Part shown: positions 25,300 to 37,300 of the stretch, one piece after another
Layout: each line of letters opens with the position of its first letter
How positions within the stretch are numbered: the first letter of the stretch is position 1
Source of the DNA: Raillietiella orientalis
Lineage: Eukaryota
Reading direction: 5' to 3'
Length of the DNA stretch: 64,000 nucleotides
Assembly: GCA_036172245.1 (NCBI GenBank)
Contig: JAYWIR010000073.1
Location: 62,001 to 126,000, forward strand
Notes under the pieces: generated by a model
The model's input: the letters and a program-made list of their open reading frames with translations, nothing else
What the model was told of the DNA's origin: nothing
The model's database searches: none
Program-made: the position numbers and the translations under genes

Positions 25300-28200
25300 G
25301 GGGAGACGGATTTCCCTGCAGCCGCTCTCTCGACACAAATAGGGCGAAAAACAAAAAACGCTGGGAAAGACGGGAAGAAAAAAATCGAAAGACCATGCTC
25401 ATCAAGCCAAGAAGCAAGCATCTGGATGGCACCTGTACCGCCTGGGTTCAAGGATTCACATCTTCTGGTCAGGTCCCATACCCCAGTCGAAGAAATGCGT
25501 AGTTGGGAGTGAAGACGAGGTGTTTCTAGGAACAGTCTCAATGCTGCAGTCTTTCTCAACTAAAGAAGAAAAAACGAGGAACGCCTTTCTCCGTTGTAAA
25601 CGAAACGCTTCCGTTGAACCGCTTCTGCATGCCCACCCACAACCCCAAAATCTTCCCGCGAGATGCATGCAAACATCGTTCCTCGGAACGAAACCTGAGC
25701 ACCCTTTGGAGAACCAACGCGGCATTCCTCTCTCTCTTCCCTTTTTTCCTCGTGGCCGTTGCCATGGCACGAGCATTTGCATCGCGAGCTAAATTCACGT
25801 TCGAGAGCGCGGCTACCTCGGACGGACTCGAATCTGGTCTAGTCGGGAGAACTCCCACTGCTCCCAATGAGGCAAACCTCTCGCATCCTCTCTGAAGAAA
25901 CGAGCTGTCACGGGGGAAGAAACGGCGGCGTCTCGTTTCTTCGGGTCCCTAAGTGACCTCAGGCGAATTCTCCTTCTCCTGTGTAACACCAAGTTTCTGT
26001 ATTTCGTGTAAGAAGTCACCTTTCCTGATGAGCCCGCTGCTGCTGTTCGGATCACCACCCTTCTGGTAGTCCAGGAATGACGCGCGCTATCGATCCATCG
26101 CTCGCCTACATATTAATCGTTGATTCCATCCACGTATCCGTAGTTACGTTGGTTGCCTGGCATGCCTCTTGCGTTCTTCTCCCACGTCACAGTTTGGCTG
26201 AAGCAATGCTGGTTGCTGCCACTACAGGTTTCCCATCCAAGACGTTTCTTTGAAAAATACACTCGCAGTTTGAGGAGGACCCCTTGGTCCTACCACATGC
26301 GGAAGTTTCGGGGCGCCATGTGCTGACGCTTGGGAGGAAGGAAAACAAGAAAGAAAAAGATGACTTTGAACAGAACAACAAAAAAAAAATGTCCTTTTCG
26401 GGAGTTAGGGAAGGGATCATCACAGTGTGCCCCGCGCCGTACCGTTCATCGGCTGGAGGATGCTATCAAGGCTGCTCTTGCCGTTTCCCAGATGGCGTCA
26501 TCCCCAGAAAGAGCTTCGTCCAGTGGACGGAGCCGCTGTTGAGCTGGTCTCTTCTCGCAGCGTTACTAACCAGCTGCCGTTGCCGATACCCGCATGCAGC
26601 AAGCGGTTGCTAAGTACGCGGCTGGCGGCAGTGCGTCACACACGAAGAGGCGCTCGAACAGGTTGCTCTCCGGGATTCCTCCCGGAGGGCTGTCGAGAAA
26701 GGTTCCCAGAGGGTCCGGACGGCATCAGCCAAGGAGCAGGTGAGGGAGGGTCTCCCTTCCCTCGCATCTGAGGGTGCACATTCCCTTCCTCTTTCGCCGG
26801 ATGATGAAGGTGCGCTTTGCATGGGGCGTCCCAATTCGGAAACAGCAACGTCGACTCCTGGTGGGCAGGACCGGGTCCTCTGGAGGGACTTCAATTGGCT
26901 GGGAGCAACGTATCGGTCCTTTGGGTGGGACACTCGGAGTCGCAGCGTCCATGGGTTGCCTTGTCGACCATCTGGCAACGTTCTATGAGATCAGTTGCGA
27001 TCCCACGTCCCAAGAAATCTTTTCTAGGATCTGTTAGCACAGTTATGCCAGTTTTACTCTTCGACTTCTCACAGCCACCCGAACTAACGCAAAAGTCAGT
27101 CGCGTTTGGTTCACATGTCTCCTCCGCTTGACACCTGGCAACGATGAAACCAAATGAGTGACTATGAGTCGGAACGTGACAACGGTCCATCCCGCAGCAG
27201 TGATCGACGAGGCGGCATTTTTAAAAGAATAAAAAAAATGGAGAAGCATCCAGCAGCCGTGTTCGGCTTCGCAGCACGGGCGATCCAGTTGGTCAAGATC
27301 ATTTCCGAGTGTGGAGCTTCCTTCAAGCTCACGTGCACTCATGAGCTCATCCCGACGGTTTCCAAACTGCTCAGGCCAGCTGGTGGTATCCTGAGAAAGA
27401 AGTCTTCACCTATCATCCACAAGAGGCTCGGAACGCTCCTCAAAGCGCTACAGTCAACCGAAGAGAGAGTCACAGTGTCCCCTTTTTATCCGGAAACCTC
27501 CCCCCGGGTTCCCTGCGACTCGCTGAAGCGGTAAAAACCTACCAAATATGCTGAAGAAAGAAGAGTAATGTTCATTTTAGCTCTGTGCCCTTCTAGGATA
27601 TCACTTCATGTGATGCTGCTCGAGAGTAACGTTGCCGAAGACTCCACCCCCCACCCACATTTCACTAGGACATGATTTCCTTTTCTCCTGCTTTCTTCTG
27701 GGACACCATTCTCAACTAAACGATGCTGCTCACGGTTATCATTCTCGATGCCTTTGCATTCCTCTAAGGAATGATTCATTATGATCCTGTGCTTCTCCAG
27801 GATATTACTCCCCGCTGCTCTATGTTTCCGTAAAATGACACTCGCTTTCGTTTTACCGCGGTCTCGTTCTTGCATTTCGCAGCTAAAGCTCCAGTTTTCA
27901 CGGTACGGATCAAAATGCGATCCGCAGGAAATGTCCTTCTTCTACGACAGTCGCTGAAGGCAAACGAAATTCCCACTTTTTTCCCAGCACTTCCACTTGT
28001 GGCCGTTCTTCTCGTAAGCTTCGTTCACGCCCGAAAAGCGGAGAGGAAAGGGGTAGGGGGCAGTCAGGATCCAGGGGAGAGGTTGGGTGGGGACGAACCT
28101 TTGCACACTACTCCACGTCCCGACTTACCAATGAGGAACGGTGAGCGGGGAAGCCGAAGAGAAGAGTTCTAGGCATTCCCAGCTTCCTGTCTCTTTTGGC

Positions 28201-28680
28201 AGAAACCATGCCGATTGACACGAGCATAGCAGCACGAGTTCTCAAGGAGCATTCCGGTCCACTTTGCAGTTGGCATTTGCACAAACGTCCACGGAAGTGC
28301 ATGTCCCCGGAGGACACGTCTGTGTTCCGTGGAGGAAACCTTTGATGGTGGACGAGAGGACAATGCGATCAAGAAATGGAAGTTTGTGATTGCCTCGCCC
28401 CTCAGAGCTTCTGCCAGATCGAAGAAAGCAGGGAGATTTCGTGATCCTCGGGAAGCGCTCGCGGCAGCGGGCGAGGAGCTCCAGCAGACGACGCTGAGAG
28501 AGATGCACTGCATCCTCGTGGGTGGTTTTTCCTTTCACGCCCTCCGGCGAAACGGAGACAGAAGATGCCCTGCAACCTCGTGGTCGATCACCTGTCTCTA
28601 GGGAAGATGAGCAGCTGTTGGCACGGAGAGGAGGCAGGCTGCTCGGAAGCGAACTGGACAGCATTGCAGGCGTGGTCCAG
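25300..28680 (+). mobile_element. Degenerate R2-like non-LTR retrotransposon relic
   Basis: Ordered decayed motifs: RRGARTGCSP (GVRQG-like, ~26645-26670), ttcgcc(g)gatgat (FADD with a 1-nt insertion, ~26792-26805), FNWLG (YLG-like, ~26890) and IKMR (~27910). No long ORF. Confidence 0.45.
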
Positions 28681-28875
28681 GCATCCACATCTCCGAGTGG
28701 AATCTTGGAGATGGAAGATCAGCTTTTCGGATGGGAGGTGGAGAGAAGAACTTCTTCCCGGAGAAGGGCGCCTTCGAGACTGCGGAAAGTGCGGGAGTCT
28801 CCCGGCGTCACGGAACCCCACCGACACCGGGGAGCCACGCAACGTCCGGGCAAGCGCCGTCCATCGAAATCCCCA
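28681..28875. repeat. Right copy of the perfect inverted repeat (true outer end unknown)
   Basis: Exact reverse complement of 1-195. Confidence 0.97.
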
Positions 28876-30441
28876 ATGAAATCCCAAACGATCGTAAAAA
28901 GGAATTCTGCATGTGTTCGTTGCACACGAATCCATATACAAATTGACTTTCGCGTACACAGCGATTCCTATTTATTAGGATTCCTATGATTCACATTCCT
29001 ATTGCAGGAAACTCTGTCTTTAGTAAGACTTATCGGCAGACACTTTTTGAATGCATTTTACGAATGAGTTGTCGAGCACATTGCTGACGGATATATTGGA
29101 GATTATAAAAAATAAATAGATATGGATGCGTGTGCTATTGCACCCATCAATATTTGTAGATCATGTGAACACATATATAGGAATAGAAATGTGTCAATGT
29201 GAATACGTAGGCACGTATTTCTATATTATCTGCACATATCGATATATTCGATGGGCAAACATTCTTTATTACACGCTCCGCAATCTATATGACTCCATGG
29301 ATAGAAAAACATGTGCACATATGGAATATGCAAAGATGTGGACTTTCTCTCATCCTCAGTGCGACTGTAGTCGACAACTTGCTCGTCTCACTGATGCAGC
29401 GGACCGTGATAGACGTCTCCGTTTCCATGGTGTTCTTCCCAATAACACGCGTGTGCCAACCAGTGCCGAATAACCACGCCCATTCCCATCAACTGGCATG
29501 CGAATCCACGCAGCGTAGGCACGCGCCTGGATTGAGCAAAGTGAGCCGATTTCGGGGCAGGCTCATCCTTCGTCAATACCCCGATGCCTTGGGTCTCGAA
29601 GGTAGCGAAGAATGTCGGAGCTTTGCTCTTCGCGGAGAGATGGTTGCTGAACTCAAGGCTTCCAGCCGCTTCGTGGTCTGCCGCCTGAGCATGCGCTCCT
29701 ATTCGAGCAAGGAAATGCCTTTTCAAGGGGAGGCTCTGCGTTTCCAAATCTCGGGTTTTGGAAGAGATGTCGAGCCGTACAGAGATGAAGAAACGCTGGA
29801 TGTGTGTCTGCGTTCAGGCGAGCGAATCCGACGTAGTCTGCTGCCACTGTGCCGTCATCGTGGGGACGTTTCATGCCATCTCAACCGTCCGTCCTTCAGC
29901 CTTTGCCTGCCCTTCATGACTGGACATGAGGAGCGACCGTTGCTCCTCAGATAAGTTCCGCATTAACCAGTAGGTCCTGCGCCGCGCTGGTAGTTCCCAC
30001 GGGATGAAAAGAATGCCCGGCTCTCCTTCCGTGTTCGACACAGAGACCTGATGCTGGTAAACTCGCTCTCGACTACGTTCTGAGCGACCGTACCGGGAGG
30101 ACTAAGGTCGGCAACTTTTGACGAACACCGCGGCTGCAATTCCACATGGGATGGACCCTCAGCAAAGACACAGTCGGTGGCCAGCATGTGGAGGAGTGAG
30201 CCTCGCGTGGCGCTACGTGCAAGCGACGACACAACTTCGATTCCCGGTCATACTTCTCACGTCTTGGAGTCCGTCGCCCATACACCCTGCGGGAAAGCGT
30301 TGCAACCTCCACAAGAAGGAAGTGGTACCGAGTGTATGCCTACAATCCTATCCTTTTACAAGGTGTCTAGTTAAAGCTGTTTTGCGAACTACTTGACAAG
30401 TAAATAATTTTGCGTCTAATGCAAAAACTCTAAGGAAAAAA

Positions 30442-30880
30442 AGATTCCCTAACATGACAGTTGCTCTGCTCACCCGAGAGTCTGCTCAAAACGCATCCAG
30501 TAATGGCATTACAGCTGCCCAGATTTCGAAATTTTTACAAATCCATGCCCATCCAGTATGCTTGAAATCAGATTGTGTCGTCCCAACAACTATTAGTGAC
30601 CAGATCCAACTGTGGCAGTTGGAAAGAGAGAGGTAAGCAAGTGCAAGACTGTATGTAGATTCTTAACCACTCTTTTAGAATTGTGTGGCAGGAGGGTGTC
30701 CTGTATAATCAGTTCTTGTCACAAGGTGACTTTCAATTGCTTTGTAGTTACAGTAGAGATGCTGGTTTGCTCATCTGGAGTAACAGTCAGAAACGAACCA
30801 TGGTTGTAACGAAAAATGGTCATGACACTGTCTGGAAAAAGCTGGAAAAGATATGGAACAAAGGATGTGTGTACACATGA
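30442..30880 (+). pseudogene. GTF2H4: TFIIH subunit p52/Tfb2, 3' fragment only (two exons, 30442-30632 and ~30679-30880)
   Basis: [14 protein letters not shown]...GITAAQI...[12 protein letters not shown], a GT-AG intron, then EGVLYNQFLSQGDF...KRTMVVTKNGH. Homology starts abruptly at 30442 and no upstream exons are recognisable. Confidence 0.75.
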
Positions 30881-33070
30881 CTTTCAAAGGTTCTTAAAGA
30901 GAAAAAGAATGAGTACGCATTTGACAGGATTGCCGATTTGTGTCTTCTCTGGCACAAACCTTTCAAACAGTGTCCAATAAAGCTGACTCGATTCTTTTTC
31001 GGCTTCGAACGTTGTGTTTTTACTATATGTTTTCTATCCAAAGCATCCAAAGGTTTCAAACTACACAGATTCAGAAATCTCTTCACCATGGTTGTTTTAA
31101 ACTGCATCAGCTGACTTTTGCGGACCTTCCCAGACCACTGCAAATTCCTCCTGATGGTTTGACTCTGATAGTCACAAAACATGCTAACACATTCTACCAG
31201 TTGCAGTAAGAAGGTCTCAGGAATCTCATGCTTTTGAAACACTGGACAATGCAATTTGTGGATAGTTGCACCATTCTTCCAAGGAGAACATTCTTTTACT
31301 TGTAATAATTTCAACACGGAGTGCCGACATTGCAACAGTTTATCAGGGGGCTGAAAGTGTTCACACACAACATAAACTTCCGAATTTCCTGGTTTACTGC
31401 TTGCTGGTTTAAACACTTGCACTTTGTGGAAAGAGCAAACCAACAAATACATTAAGCATATTGTTTGACACTCGAATGTAGTAAATATTTTCAGAACAAA
31501 ACATCCTCCCACTTTAAGTGAATGTATTGCCAAAAGGATTTTGCAGAATTGTAGCTCAGATGTCATTGATTCTTGACTCCCAGGATTTGAACTGCAGTCA
31601 ATGCTCCCATCTGCAGTAACCTAGGAAAGCCACACACAATACGTAACAGGTGATTCAAGCAAAGTATACCAAGTTTATCTCGCCTATTTCGGAGAGCTGT
31701 CCCATGAGTTCCATGAGGTTGGACGGAATTGTAATGTCACCTGTTTCATCTACTCCAAACAACCAGTGATGCCATGTTTTCGCCATAAACCAGCTATCTG
31801 ATGCAATGCAGCTCTCAGTACCTCCTTGGCAGAAGGGATTCAAGCTGGAAGCTCTCCAGATCCACTTGTAGGGAAAAAAATTGCAAAATTATTTTGGAAG
31901 AAGCACTTTTGCCTTTACATCCAGTTCTGAACAGATATTTGCAAAGTAAGCTGTGTGCATTGTGATGAGCTTCAACCTATTTGAATCCTAGATACTTGCC
32001 AGGAGAGTTCATCTGATGCTGCTGACTACAAATAGGTCAACAATTTGTCAACCAATCTGATCGCTTCTAATAAAGTTAAATATCCACATCCTCCCATTTA
32101 AACTCAAAGGACTTCATATTAAATATGTGAGCATTTTGCAGATATTGCCTCCTTTGTAAACACATAGTTTATAAATATATTAATATACAGTTTTCATGTG
32201 CAGATTGTAAACTTAAAGCTGAATAATTTAGCAACCAAAATGATCTCATGGGAAGCAACTGTTTTCAAAATATAATTTAAATTGGAATAAATTAACCAAG
32301 CATGTAACCCAAAGCATTCAAACAACAACAAAATCAACTGACACTATTGAATAGAAAGCCATAAAACCATGCAACTGTGTGAAATGACATTGCAAATGCA
32401 TGGTAATTACAAGCGATTCGACTTTCAAACATACTTTGATGTGTGGTCAATATGTTTTCAAATGATGGTTCAAAGCTGTCACAAAAGTATCAGGAGCTTC
32501 ACAATTCACAAGGAAGCTAAATGCACAATTCTTGTAATGACCCCAAATTATTAAGAATCGACAAGCAATTTATAATTTTGGTAAATGTACACCAAACCTG
32601 TAACATAGAATTTTGGAAATCATGAATACTTCAAAGTAACACTGAAAATATTGCAACAAAACATACAGGTAATTCATCATTTGTTCCATAAACTTCTATA
32701 CATTTACAAACATCATCAATGATTTTGTCTTTAACATGCAGATGAAGAAATGAACATGAAAAAAAAAAAAAAACCCTTGTTACCTGAGTGCATAAGTCAA
32801 CACCAAATTCTTGCTCACAAATCTGAATAAAAAGTTTGTAGAAGTGAAGATGCACATGCCACTTTTCAATACTCAAATCACTATTTAGATCAGCCTTTAC
32901 AGCATTTAATTCAGTTTTCAACTCCTCAAGCACAGGTATCTGGAGTAATGGTTTAAATACATACACAGGATATCCATGTGCATACCTCCCATGCATCATT
33001 TGCATTACACTGTGGCAAATTCCAATCTTCTTTTGGGCAATCAAAGACATAGTTTGTTAAATGCATCAGT
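30820..33070 (-). pseudogene. CMTR2: Cap2 mRNA 2'-O-methyltransferase, disrupted
   Basis: Motifs LKTELNAVK..W.VH..LCTQ; VWCTF...CEAPDTFVTALNHHL; WIWRASSLNPF...GDIT; VTADGSIDC..NP..QE; FVLKIFT; FKPASSKPGNSEVYVVC. There is an in-frame TAG (~32518) and a frameshift in the exon starting at 32597, and a frameshift near 33050. Confidence 0.8.
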
Positions 33071-33218
33071 AACATGAAAATATTTCATGATTCAACACAT
33101 CTGGATATGGCAAATGAGGTAAAAATGAAAGATGACTACAAATTAGAAAACAGATTGCTCTCAGATGGTTTATTTCAAAGTGATATCTTCAGTTTGCGCA
33201 CACAAATGTCATGATTGG

Positions 33219-33279
33219 AAAATCAAAGCATCCAACATAACTTCTTCCACTTTCAAGTTATGTTTTCATTATTTAATTT
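33219..33279 (-). promoter_or_regulatory. SECIS element (type I) in the SELENOF 3' UTR
   Basis: Minus strand ATGA-A-AACATAACTT-GAAAGTGGAAG-AAGTTATGTT-G-GA: AUGA/GA core, perfect 10-bp stem, AAA in the loop, and a lower stem aaattaaa/tttgattt. Confidence 0.88.
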
Positions 33280-33315
33280 CCTATCATAACACAGTTCACA
33301 AACCTATAAAGAACT

Positions 33316-34213
33316 TTAATTTTCCAAATGTACTGACAAAAACTCTCTTATCGAATCAGTGTCCCATTTGTCAATTGGAAGAGTGTTTTTCACCTCACCA
33401 ACATGATCAACAAGCTTAATAATGGGATCAGAACCACGTTTATATGTTATTGCTAAATTTTTAAAATCCTCATTGTGCTTTCCTTTCACAAAGGCTGCAA
33501 AAATAAATTGTTATAAGTACGTTTTATGTGAGAAACCACATATTTCAACCAAAACACACATTCCATAACTGCAAGTGCTCAACTTAGTACCCATACTGCA
33601 CACTTGTGATAAACACAAAAAATGTGCATACATTTAGACACATTAAAACAAAACATAAAAATGGCTCGTTTTACACAAGAAATAAAAGGGAATAGTAAAA
33701 AACCGAGCAAGCAAAAATGAACTCCCATAAACATTCAAAAATCCTGTAAATAATTAAAAGATTATACCTTCAACATGAGGATATGACCTCAACTTTCAGG
33801 AACACACTTCAAGAACTGCCCTTGGGAACCTCTTAGGTGTATTCCTCTTATCTTCTTTTTGACAGCATTCCAAACATGATTGTCTAGAATTCAGATTATT
33901 ATTATTAAGAGGCTTGGAATTGCATCTTTTAAACTAGGCTTCTGATTAACACAATCATGAAGGTGCTCAGATTAAAAATGAAATACTTGCCCGAGTTCTT
34001 CCAAGTTCACATGCTCCAACACACTACATGATGAACACAATAAATTCGCTTTATTAAAACCAATCTGCCAGCACTCATCGGCAGACAAAGATGAAATCGC
34101 ACTCTCAACCTTAAAAAGCAACAAATTACCTGAAAGGCACATCAGAAAGAACGGCAACTTACTATATTGGAAATTACCGCTGAGAATGCCAAAATTGGCA
34201 CTGTGAGCCACAT
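33316..34213 (-). CDS. SELENOF: Selenoprotein F (Sep15); exons 34213-34163, 34109-33991, 33883-33768, 33494-33316
   Basis: Signal peptide MWLTVPILAFS, Cys-rich EC..IGFNKANLLCSSC...CLECCQ, AVLEVCS-TGA(33798-33796)-KL..YPHVEAFVK, RGSDPIIKL and KWDTDSIREFL. Confidence 0.93.
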
Positions 34214-34329
34214 CTCGCTGCCACCTTAAGGTTCCACTTACCAACCCCTGGTCATCCTCACCTCACCTACAGACAGGTACGAACGATGCCGTCTGAGACG
34301 AACATATATATTGTCTTCTGCCCCCCCCC

Positions 34330-34330
<1 letters not shown>

Positions 34331-34366
<36 letters not shown>

Positions 34367-34382
34367 GCACGCACGCACGCAC
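34331..34382. repeat. (CA)n/(CACG)n microsatellite
   Basis: acacacac...acgcacgcac run just upstream of the SELENOF start. Confidence 0.9.
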
Positions 34383-37300
34383 GTTCCACAAATTCGAGTA
34401 TTCCTAGGAATCTGGGGAAAATCACATCACGAGTCAGGAAAACAAACGAGCATCCACTTGCACGCCATGTCTGTTTCTACGGGAGACTGAAATCAGTGTT
34501 CATAAGGCTTTTTGTCGGATGATCCACTTTAAAATTTACAGATTCATATTAACAAATTTTTCAGATTGTGTGTGCTCGGTAAAAAAATCAGATGACGGTG
34601 AAATTAATGTGACTTGGTTTTTGGGGATGAGAAAAGTTGTTTTCCGAATTACAAAAGTTAAACTTCATTTTCGAAATGCTCAAGGTTGCCGCTAGCATAC
34701 AGTGGACTAGGGCTAGATGGCATTCTACGCTTCGTACCAAATAAAATAAATGCAAATATTAATTTCTTAATTAATTCCTTAGTTGTAGCTGGCAAACATC
34801 CCAACCTTAGCAAATCCAGATTACCAAAGTAAGCAAGCAAGTAATTGAACGTTCACTCTTTCTACGATGTGCACATTGACAGCACCGTACATTCAAAGAA
34901 TTGGGGTTATTTAATTCTTCCCTGTTTCTTTTGGGAATCCGTTGGTGTTTGAAGATATATCCCGGTAATTTCTCTCCTTTCTCGGCCTGTCCATTAAATT
35001 ATGAAAATTCGCCTGTTCTTCGGGACAAGCATTTAGCTAAGCTTCAGGTACTGTATATCGATTAACTCGAAGTTCCGTTTTTCTTAGTAAGCAAATTTTA
35101 CAGTTTCTGAGTCTACAAATAAAGAGGCAGTTCGGTTCTTTTCAGAAAGTTCTGGATCTTTCTGTAGGATACGCTGTTCGCGATCCCGTATGTCGGGTCG
35201 ATACAGCTAACTTGGGAGACAAAATTTAAATTACGGAATAAAAAAATGGTACACCCAAAAACAATGAAAATTCCAAATTGCTGGAAAAATTAATTCATTA
35301 AAAATGGAAGCGATCTATGCTTTCAATACTAAAATCTACAATGCAAATCAGCTACTGTTTTAATTTTGGTAGGGGGATCAGAAAGGATTACAAGTGATTC
35401 ACATAGAAAAGAATCCACTATGGAAATCACATGGATGCACACTTTCAAGTCGTGTTCCAGATAAATACAACAAATATTTGCGTGCTTCGATTTGTATGCA
35501 AATGCTTATTAGATTTGCGGATTCGGTTTAACAAATATACGTTCATTCAACTAATTCTCTATCGTGTTTATGTTGGCTAAACTGAAAGGAGAAATACAGC
35601 CCAGGACCATTTTTATTGAAACTCGAAACTCGACAAGGGATTATTAGTCGTTTGCTCGAATAGACAAGGATGCTTTGAGCTTGCACATTCCCCACATCGA
35701 ATTTGTTTGGTTTCACCCAGAAAATAAAGGATTTTAACCATTCAAATTCTGTGATTCGTCGAATGTAGACTGAATATAACTCAAAGAAAGTGGTGAGCTT
35801 GTTTTGAATTCTTATACTTAATGTTGGAGTCACTATTCTCCAGAGAGCTTATTTTCTGTCTTGCATTATGTTTTGGAATCAAATATCACGATGAAAAAAT
35901 ATTGTTGATAACTGAAATGCGTGGTGGCTTACTGAATGCAGGAATCACCTATTCTCTGCAATACACTTTATATTGTTCACCACTCATCCTCATATTGTAT
36001 TATGTATACACTTCATATCCTTCTCCAAAATGAAATTGTGCTCGGGGCTCTTCGCTTGAGGAGCAAATGAAAAACTTACTAGTCGGTCTCCTTTAACACT
36101 TCTTCCTTCTCTTCCTTCGTCTCTGTCGTATTAAATGTTACTATCCTCCTTGTTACCTAACGGTATTCTTAAAGATTAGCTCATTACTAATAAACTTTAA
36201 GTGGGCTTCCATAAAACTTTCTACAAAAACCCTTTAGAGCTTTTGTAGAAAGTTTCGTAAGCGCTGCAATTTAAACTGCAGATTGTGCCTTTACGAGAAC
36301 AACTTGGTCGAATTGTTTGAGAATGTCGGAATGCCTTAAGAAAGCCTTGTATTTCGTGATTGGATTATTATTGTCTTCTACATGATCAGATTAAGTAACG
36401 ATCCCTCACAGAATGAGACTAAAAAAATATATGTAACTCCGGAGGAAGAGGCTGTAAGCGAATTCCTTCGCTTCGAGTAGGAATTGCTCTCTGAAGAGTT
36501 CCCTGTTTGTGAATGGGCACTCGCATCACCCCATGTACATTACATCTGCTGGAAAAAAACACCAAGTGTGCTGTGATTTTAATAAACGGCACAAATGGCC
36601 GCAGCCAGAATAAATGCGTTTGTAGACTGACGATAAGAATGACGACAGAAAGAAACAGATGGAGGGATGCTTCATCTTGAAGTTTCTGGAAGAGCTGACT
36701 GCAAGGAACCATCCATGTTGTGCCTAGTTGAACAGAGAAAACACACCAACCATGAAGTCAGCTTCCAACTGACCAGCTCTGAGTTTACTTTTTTTGCCAA
36801 TTTCGATTTCTGCTCCTTTGGAAGGAAAGAAGATAATCAGAATTTCCCAATAGGACTGTCGTATGAATTACTTCTTGCTTTTTCTTTTTTAAAAGAAAGC
36901 AACGGCTTCGGTCTGACTGTTGCCCTAGGAGCAATCTAAAACACCTGCTAAATCCTTGAATTTGAGTCCAGGTATCTGTGTAAACTAAGCGGTGGTTCTC
37001 TAGCATCCATTTCACTTTCGTTAGAGCTGTTTTGCATTCCTCACGTTTTGCAGAGATTCAAAGTGGAATTAGAACGCAGAATGATCACCCGAATCCAGAT
37101 TTCCTGACGATCCCTTTGCAAGGGTCAGCTTCCTGAACACAAGTCGTGACCCTCTCCCCATTTCTGCAGATCTTCAGATGTGATTTTGGAGTATAAATTC
37201 CATTTTGTAGACCGAAAGAATGGATGCTGTGATGGCCCGGAGCAGGATTTCTTCTGTGATTTCTCCATTGCCACATGTGACATTGCAGACGTATATTAAC

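Noticed and set aside
1..30400. Prokaryotic/endosymbiont genome insert, prophage, Polinton or CRISPR array
   Set aside because: No operons, phage, pPolB/capsid/integrase genes or spaced direct repeats seen; the DNA is gene-poor with eukaryotic retroelement relics.
36214..36255. 15-bp inverted repeat with 12-nt loop
   Set aside because: Isolated AT-rich hairpin with no TSD or second copy; not a terminator in a eukaryotic context.
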